Shown piece after piece: positions 57,454 to 64,000 of a stretch of DNA of 64,000 nt. How positions within the stretch are numbered: position 1 is the stretch's first letter; the number at the start of each line of letters is the position of its first letter. Position numbers and translations under genes: made by a program. The stretch comes from a virus. Location: positions 1-64,000 of the IMG/VR virus record IMGVR_UViG_3300031707_002920; one strand, written 5' to 3'. Below the pieces are notes generated by a model. The model did not search any database. It saw nothing but the letters and a program-made list of their open reading frames with translations, and had not been told where the DNA came from.

Positions 57454-59727
57454 ATGGACAAAGAAGAAATTAGACAGTTATTATATAAAACAGGCGATAA
57501 AAAAGATTTCGTCCATCTTCACTTACATAGTGATTTTTCGCTTAAAGATGGTATTGGTAAACCCAACCAATACGCTAAAAAAGCGCTTGAGATCGGAATG
57601 TCTGCATTAGCAATAACAGATCATGGTAGTATTGGCGCACATCCGTCATTTTTTATGTACTGTAGGTCGGTCAATTTGAAGCCGATTGTCGGTGTCGAAA
57701 TGTACATGCAAAATAGACGGTCAGAAGTAGAAGAATATGACAGGACGATTGATGAATTGAATAAAAAAATCAAGATTTTAAAACAATTTATCAAACGTAA
57801 AAGCGCGAGCAGACAAGTGTTTGAATCGTATGCTGATATCATTAGACAAATACTTGATATGCCAAGTGCTGAATTTGAAGATATTAATACATTAGATTTT
57901 TCAGAAGTTAAAGAAAAAATTAATGAGATAATTAAACATCGGCAGATCGAAGAAAAAGAGTATTCTAAAAATAGGGATATACTTAAGAAGAACCAGCATA
58001 TTATATTGATCGCCAAAAATGAAATTGGTCGAAAAAACATTACAAAAATCGTAAGCGATGCTGCCAGAAATGGATTTTATTATAAACCGCGTACTGCATT
58101 AGATTTTATAGTCGAAAATAAAAGCGGTATAATCGTTACCACTGCGTGTCTCGCAGGTATAATTAATAACGAGATGTTACAGTTTGAAGACGAAAAGGCA
58201 GCAAGGACAATGGGATTAAATGTAGCTAAAAAGTATAAAGACATTTTCGGCGATGATTTTTATATTGAAATAATGATGATTGATATCGACAAGCAACGAT
58301 TAGTAAATAAATTGTTATTAGAAATTGCAAAAGAATTAGATATAAAGTTTATCGTGACGAACGACGTCCACTACATTGACAAAGACGGCGCAAAAGCTCA
58401 AGAGATATCTTTAATGCTCGGCTCTAAAGATGAAGGCGAGCAGGTTACGATGAAAGATAAGAAGAGATTGAATGCCATGAGAGAGATATTAGATGCTATA
58501 GGAGAAAATAATTCGCCTGAACACGTTAGGGCAGTATATAACGATTTTATTGAGCTCGATCGGTTTAAAGAATTCAAGTCATCGAATAAAGAAACTAGTA
58601 TCGTTTTTGATGAAATAATGGATATTGTTGTTGGTAAGAAAAAATTTAAAAAAGTGTGGGAGTTTTCTACTAAAGATTTTTGGTTTAAAGATCGACATCA
58701 GATGATTGATGCTTATATAGATCAAGGTCATCATGAATATATTGAGATTGATGATTTTAGACAAGCGTTAGATAATACAATTAAAGTAGCAAATAAAGTC
58801 GAGACATGGGATTGGGATACTACGGAGAAGTTACCAAAAATAGATACTGGTAATTTAAGTAGTTACGATTTTTTAGTTTCACTAACTAGAGAAGGTTGGT
58901 CACGTAAAGCTGAAGAGCACTGGTATGATGAAAGTAGTGAATATGCTAAACGAGTTAAATATGAATTGAGCGTAATTAGACGGACGCAGATGGCAGATTA
59001 TTTCCTCATTGTTGCAGATTATATTAAGTATGCTAAGTCCCATAATGTGCTGGTAGGCGGAGCAAGAGGGTGTTTCGTTCCAGACTCTTTAATTAGAATG
59101 GCAGATAATACAGTAAAGTCAATTCAAGATGTGCAAGTTGGAGATAATGTAAAAAATCTTTTTTTGCACGATGTTGAAGTTTGTAATAAATTCATTTATG
59201 AAATCGAGGAAAATATTGTAGAATTAAAATTTGATGACAAGATCATTAAATGCACATGTGATCATAAGTTTTTAACTAAAAATAGAGGTTGGGTAAAAGC
59301 AATAAATTTAACTGACACTGATGAAGTAGTATTATTTGATTTAGGATTTAAAAATTTAAGTGAATTTCAACGAGAAATTGTTCCAATTTCAAAAACAATC
59401 AAATTAACATCTAAAAAAATAATTCCTTATAAAGGTAAAGTGTTTGATTTAGCTGTTAAATCAGATGATAAGTCTTATAATGTGCAAGATATTGTTGTTC
59501 ATAATTCTTCGTGCGGGAGCCTTGTCTGTTATTTACTTGATATCACGAACATTGATCCTTTGAAGCATGATTTGTTGTTTGAAAGATTTTTGAGTATGTC
59601 TAGGAGTATGGCTATATATGATTTAACAGTGTCTACATTTAAAGAAATAGATGACAAAGTTGAGTTATTTTTAGGCGATGACTTTGAAGATTGGTCGAAT
59701 AATAGACTTGTGAGGTTAAACGAATGA
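57454..59727 (+). CDS. dnaE: DNA polymerase III alpha, N-terminal part (PHP + start of palm), one intein
   Basis: HLHLHSDFSLKDG, AITDHG, TNDVHY, GARG|intein|SSCGSLV, LLFERFL. Confidence 0.93.
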   Translation: MDKEEIRQLLYKTGDKKDFVHLHLHSDFSLKDGIGKPNQYAKKALEIGMSALAITDHGSIGAHPSFFMYCRSVNLKPIVGVEMYMQNRRSEVEEYDRTIDELNKKIKILKQFIKRKSASRQVFESYADIIRQILDMPSAEFEDINTLDFSEVKEKINEIIKHRQIEEKEYSKNRDILKKNQHIILIAKNEIGRKNITKIVSDAARNGFYYKPRTALDFIVENKSGIIVTTACLAGIINNEMLQFEDEKAARTMGLNVAKKYKDIFGDDFYIEIMMIDIDKQRLVNKLLLEIAKELDIKFIVTNDVHYIDKDGAKAQEISLMLGSKDEGEQVTMKDKKRLNAMREILDAIGENNSPEHVRAVYNDFIELDRFKEFKSSNKETSIVFDEIMDIVVGKKKFKKVWEFSTKDFWFKDRHQMIDAYIDQGHHEYIEIDDFRQALDNTIKVANKVETWDWDTTEKLPKIDTGNLSSYDFLVSLTREGWSRKAEEHWYDESSEYAKRVKYELSVIRRTQMADYFLIVADYIKYAKSHNVLVGGARGCFVPDSLIRMADNTVKSIQDVQVGDNVKNLFLHDVEVCNKFIYEIEENIVELKFDDKIIKCTCDHKFLTKNRGWVKAINLTDTDEVVLFDLGFKNLSEFQREIVPISKTIKLTSKKIIPYKGKVFDLAVKSDDKSYNVQDIVVHNSSCGSLVCYLLDITNIDPLKHDLLFERFLSMSRSMAIYDLTVSTFKEIDDKVELFLGDDFEDWSNNRLVRLNE
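59071..59505 (+). mobile_element. Mini-intein (145 aa)
   Basis: CFVPDSLI...TCDHKF...VFDL...VVHN|S. Confidence 0.9.
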
Positions 59728-59900
59728 AATTTCGTTTTTTAAAAGATGTCACAGTTTATAGTTGCATAATAATATAGATTTTAGTAAGTTATCATCATTT
59801 TTGAATAATTAAATTATGAACATGCGATGAGCCACAATTCACAAGGTTTTAACTCTCGATGGTTATGCTCACTAAAAATAATTGTTGACAATAAACTGGA

Positions 59901-62900
59901 GTGTTATACATTAAGATTATGAATAAAGCCATAACAAAATTAGATTATATACAATATCTTTGTGAGCGAAAGTTAAAAAATTTATCATTAGAAAACGATG
60001 AATACATTCAACAACTTGAAAGAGAACTTACAAATATTGACGTGCAAGATTTGCAAGATTATGTGATTAATTTGATTAAAAACAAGACAAAAATTGACAG
60101 ACATGGTTCGTTAATCTATTATCTTATTGGCGTGTCTGATATCGATCCAATTAAAAATAAAATACCTATTAAAGTTAAAAAACAGTCTTCGTTTCCCGAT
60201 ATTGACTCAGATTTTAGCATGAATGAAAGGGAAGAAGTCGTAAAGTATTTCATTAATAAATATGGAAGTGATCACGTCGCGCCGATTGGATCGTATGGTC
60301 AAATGAAAATGAAAATGGTTATGAGAGATATTGCTAGGATTTTTGATGTAGATTTAAATGACACGAATGAAGTTGTAAAAAATCTTGGCGAAGATGTTGA
60401 TGCAATGACAGAAGAAGAATTTGATGTAGCAATTGCTATCGAACCAGGCGAAGACGGTTTCAGGAACGATTTATATGAATTGAGAAAATATCTCGAACGA
60501 CATCCTGAAGTACGAGAAATATTATTCAAACTTAAAGGTCAATTGCGACATCTTACCAAACATCCTGCCGGCGTGGTTGCGACTCCTACCAAAATTGATG
60601 AGACGATTCCATTAATGAGGCACAAAGACGAACTTATAACTAGTTGGGTTGACGGCATTACTCGAAAAGATTTACAATCTTCGGGCTTCATAAAATTCGA
60701 TATTTTGGGACTTAAGACATTGACGATTATTAAAGAAATTCTTGAACTTATTAGGAATCGTAAGTCGTATAATAAAAATGCAGACTTTGATCTTCAGTCA
60801 ATTGATAGAGGTCAAATAACGTCATTACTTTATGAAGAATTTTCAAGCAAATTACCGTTAGACGGTAATGACATTATTTATGAAAGATTCAGAAATACAG
60901 ATACTAATGGCATTTTTCAATTTGAATGTATTGCCGGCGATTCATGGATCGGTAATTATAGAATAAAAGAGTTATACAAAGACTTTTTGAGAGGACCGGT
61001 ACATAAAATTGGATGTGTAGACATTAAGAAAAAAAGAAAAATTAGACAAATTGTTTACGCGATGAAGAAACAAGAAAGAGAAGTATATCGAGTGGTTGTC
61101 GATTATGATAATAGATGCATTGAAACTTCTATTTTGCACGAATATTATACTCCGAAAAGTTGGAAAAAGCTGCAAGATTTGAAAATCGGTGATAAGATAC
61201 TTATCGACACTGAAAGATGTAGGACTCAATATTATTGTCCTGTCTCACAAACAGTGATGGATGTGTTAGGCATTAAAACTGGTTGTGAAGAATGTATTAA
61301 AAACGGCAAGAGAATCTGTAAAACGCAAGTATTGAAAAAATTTAGACAAGTTAAAATTCGATATAAATTCGTTAAAATAAAGCAAATTGATTTTGTGGGC
61401 CTGAAAGAGGTTTATGATATTGGATTTTCAAACAAGCAACATCGCAATTACGTCGCAAATGGGTTCGTAGTTCATAATAGTAATTTAATGAAATCATTAC
61501 TCAGAGAGATTAAGCCGACTACATTTAATGATATTACTTCTACTACTGCGTTAGGTCGACCGGGACCTTTAGACATGGGCATGCATCATGAATATGCTCA
61601 GAGAAAAAATGGGAAAAAGTTTGATTTTGGATCGCCATTAATTGAAAAATGTTTAAAAGACAGTTTTGGCATATTAACATATCAAGAAGACGTAATGAGA
61701 CTATGCAACATCGTCGCAGGATTTCCATTAGATTTAACTGATACAGTTAGAAAAAATTTGATGAAATCTATCAGAGATAAAGATGCGAAAGATAAAGAAG
61801 CAAAACAGAGAAAAGAAATTCATGAAAAATTCATCAGAGGCTGTGTTGAGCGAGGCCTTAAAGAGCAAATTGCTGAATCGTGGTGGCAAAGTTGTGTATC
61901 ATTTGCTCGCTACGGGTTCAATAAGTGTTTAACTGGCGATACTGTTCTTACAAGATGTAACGGCAATCAACATACAAAAAGAAATATTACAATTAGAGAA
62001 CTATATTCAGCCTATAGATCAGACACAAAGGTCGGACAAAAGTATAGAAGATCTGGTTATCCAATAATACATTCAATGATTGATGGTAGAATTAAGATTG
62101 AAAAAATAAAAGATATAGTTTACAATGGTAGAAAGCCAGTATTTAGAATCACAACAGATAATGGGTTCAGTATTAAAGCTACTGACATTCATAGATTTTT
62201 AAGTGAGTTTGGTTGGAAGATGGTTAAAGATTTCAACATTAGTGATTTGATAGCAATTACATTACAAGAATATGATGACTATAAACGAATAGGTTATTAT
62301 GATATGGATCGAACAAAACGATATGAAAAAGGGTTTGAAGTAACTTATGCAAAAATTGTCAGTATTGAACTTGTTGGTATTGAAGATGTTTATGATGTTG
62401 AAATGTATGGCGATGAACACAATTTTGTAGCAAATGGATTTATAAGTCATAATTCTCACGCTGTAGCGTACACTGTTCTCAGTTATCAAATGATGTGGTT
62501 TAAAGTGTATTATCCGTTAGAATTTTATGTAGTGTTGTTATCAAATTCAATTAAAGAGAAGTTCGTCGATTATTTTTCCGAGATAATGGGTAAGGGCATC
62601 AACATTGTTCCGGCAAATATTAATAAATCAAAAGAAGGATTTACAATACACGGTGAAGATAATAGCATAATGTTTGGATTGGGATATGTCATAGGAGTAG
62701 GGCCGGCAATTATTAATGTAATCACTCAGACACAACCGTTTGATTCATTTATAGATTTTTGGCATAAAACAGAGAGGATTAAAAAAATTGGTAAATCTGC
62801 TATTGTCGCACTAATAAGTGCTCATGCATTTGATGACTTTGGAGCTCAAAATGAGATGTTAGAAAAGTATTATAAAGTCATTAGACAAGATACAAAATGG

Positions 62901-63431
62901 GAACGTGATATTGATTATAATGACCGTAGATATGAACACGAGCAATTTGTTGAAGCGTATAGTTTAGATTGGCGAACAAAATTATCAGATAAACAAAAGG
63001 CAGAAGTAACTAAGCTAAATGCTAAATTGTTGACAAAATTAGTGCAACCTAAAGCTAACATGAAAAAAACGATATGGGGCATTATTACTGGTATAATCGA
63101 AAAAACTAGTAAAAACGATAATAATTATTTTTATGTGATGTTGACAGATTCAAAATTTAATATTGTAAAAATCAGAATTCCTTGTTATAATAAAAGATGT
63201 AAATACGCATTTATTCTTAATCAAGAGTCAGGAAAATATAGGAAAGTACCAGTTCAAGACGTTATTAAAATGGATAATATTTTAGTAGGAGATGCCGAAA
63301 CAAGCGAATATATGGATAGAATATTTATTGATTTGTTTGACATTTGTTGCGTGGGTAACGTATATGAGAAAACGATAGAACAAATAGAAAAATTAGCAAA
63401 ATATGACAAGATAGCTGCAGAAGAAGAATAA
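59901..63431 (+). CDS. dnaE: DNA polymerase III alpha, C-terminal part, two inteins
   Basis: PDIDSDF, HPAGVV, KFDILGL, GIFQFE, RPGP, YQEDVM, YGFNK|..|SHAVAY. Confidence 0.94.
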   Translation: MLYIKIMNKAITKLDYIQYLCERKLKNLSLENDEYIQQLERELTNIDVQDLQDYVINLIKNKTKIDRHGSLIYYLIGVSDIDPIKNKIPIKVKKQSSFPDIDSDFSMNEREEVVKYFINKYGSDHVAPIGSYGQMKMKMVMRDIARIFDVDLNDTNEVVKNLGEDVDAMTEEEFDVAIAIEPGEDGFRNDLYELRKYLERHPEVREILFKLKGQLRHLTKHPAGVVATPTKIDETIPLMRHKDELITSWVDGITRKDLQSSGFIKFDILGLKTLTIIKEILELIRNRKSYNKNADFDLQSIDRGQITSLLYEEFSSKLPLDGNDIIYERFRNTDTNGIFQFECIAGDSWIGNYRIKELYKDFLRGPVHKIGCVDIKKKRKIRQIVYAMKKQEREVYRVVVDYDNRCIETSILHEYYTPKSWKKLQDLKIGDKILIDTERCRTQYYCPVSQTVMDVLGIKTGCEECIKNGKRICKTQVLKKFRQVKIRYKFVKIKQIDFVGLKEVYDIGFSNKQHRNYVANGFVVHNSNLMKSLLREIKPTTFNDITSTTALGRPGPLDMGMHHEYAQRKNGKKFDFGSPLIEKCLKDSFGILTYQEDVMRLCNIVAGFPLDLTDTVRKNLMKSIRDKDAKDKEAKQRKEIHEKFIRGCVERGLKEQIAESWWQSCVSFARYGFNKCLTGDTVLTRCNGNQHTKRNITIRELYSAYRSDTKVGQKYRRSGYPIIHSMIDGRIKIEKIKDIVYNGRKPVFRITTDNGFSIKATDIHRFLSEFGWKMVKDFNISDLIAITLQEYDDYKRIGYYDMDRTKRYEKGFEVTYAKIVSIELVGIEDVYDVEMYGDEHNFVANGFISHNSHAVAYTVLSYQMMWFKVYYPLEFYVVLLSNSIKEKFVDYFSEIMGKGINIVPANINKSKEGFTIHGEDNSIMFGLGYVIGVGPAIINVITQTQPFDSFIDFWHKTERIKKIGKSAIVALISAHAFDDFGAQNEMLEKYYKVIRQDTKWERDIDYNDRRYEHEQFVEAYSLDWRTKLSDKQKAEVTKLNAKLLTKLVQPKANMKKTIWGIITGIIEKTSKNDNNYFYVMLTDSKFNIVKIRIPCYNKRCKYAFILNQESGKYRKVPVQDVIKMDNILVGDAETSEYMDRIFIDLFDICCVGNVYEKTIEQIEKLAKYDKIAAEEE
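60927..61478 (+). mobile_element. Mini-intein (184 aa)
   Basis: FE|CIAGDS...NYVANGFVVHN|S. Confidence 0.9.
61926..62453 (+). mobile_element. Mini-intein (176 aa)
   Basis: NK|CLTGDT...ATDIHRF...HNFVANGFISHN|S. Confidence 0.92.
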
Positions 63432-63480
63432 TTTACTTTAACGTCTTAAATTTGATGTGTTTTTCTGTATATAATATATC

Positions 63481-64000
63481 ATGATGGGAAAAAAAGGCAA
63501 ACAAGTAGATTCATTTAAAGTACAATTGTCAGTTCGACAAGAGACATTAGAGATTGATATAAATGACAAATTATATATTCCATCAATCGATGTTTTAACA
63601 CCTGCAAAAGCATGTAATATGATGGCTGAGAATCCTGCATTACATGCAAGATGGAACGTGCTTGCTAACGAAGCAGCGATGGATTTTGATAAAGAAAAAA
63701 TGGAATTTGATATATGGGTTAAAGAAAGATCAAAACATTATAGAGAAGATTTAGCTGATGTGCTAGGTGGCAAAAGGATAACAGATAAAATGGTTGAAGA
63801 ATCTGTGATGACTGATCCAGAATACATGAGGCGTTATAAACAAGTTTTAGAGAAAAAGAAAGATGCTGCAAATATAAGGTCTATTTCATTTGGATTCGGT
63901 GAACGGGGCGAACGATTAGTCAACATTGTATCAATGATGAAGTCTGAAAAACCATCATCAAATATTAGAAGACAAGACGATGATGATAAAAATGCATTTA
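63481..64000 (+). CDS. UvsY-like coiled-coil recombination mediator (runs off the window)
   Basis: Open frame MMGKKGKQ...NPALHARW...KRITDKMVEESVMTDPEY; not in the ORF track because it has no stop in the window. Confidence 0.55.
   Translation, partial: MMGKKGKQVDSFKVQLSVRQETLEIDINDKLYIPSIDVLTPAKACNMMAENPALHARWNVLANEAAMDFDKEKMEFDIWVKERSKHYREDLADVLGGKRITDKMVEESVMTDPEYMRRYKQVLEKKKDAANIRSISFGFGERGERLVNIVSMMKSEKPSSNIRRQDDDDKNAF

Noticed and set aside
618-62489. Many short minus-strand ORFs and ORFs overlapping tRNAs in the track
   Set aside because: Antisense shadows of + strand genes or tRNAs with no recognisable motifs; only 1484-1840 and 169-381 were kept.
1-64000. Alternative genetic code or suppressor tRNAs
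   Set aside because: Conserved genes are full length in the standard code, TAG and TGA are used as stops, and no CTA/TCA/TTA anticodon was found.

Overview
AT-rich segment of a large (jumbo-type) bacteriophage genome, almost all genes on the + strand, standard genetic code. Order: (i) 0.4-9.7 kb, a run of about 12 unrelated proteins sharing an N-terminal MKHLxxIQxEF(L)K leader (T4 capsid-targeting-sequence-like); (ii) 9.9-31 kb, about 30 tRNA genes in three operons, one with a group I intron, plus tmRNA, Pth2 and metabolic genes; (iii) 34-40 kb, primase, sigma factor, NusG, dNTPase, glycosyltransferase and DinG-like helicase; (iv) 40.7-51 kb, a GC-richer integron-like array of about 25 attC-bounded cassettes with no integrase in the window; (v) 51-64 kb, TnpB, 5'-3' exonuclease, HU, a dCMP-hydroxymethylase-like enzyme, an IS605 element, a split DnaE with three inteins and a UvsY-like gene. 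The strongest novel signal: each tRNA operon is preceded by an unannotated leader peptide plus antiterminator/terminator, and the leader codons match the anticodons of the tRNAs downstream. This suggests a ribosome-stalling sensor that switches on phage tRNA supply when the matching host tRNAs are depleted or cleaved. Other notable features are the cassette array (with evidence of polarised acquisition at a promoter-linked attI-like site) and two ORF-less IS605 derivatives carrying a conserved structured RNA. All calls come from reading the sequence by eye; no searches were run.
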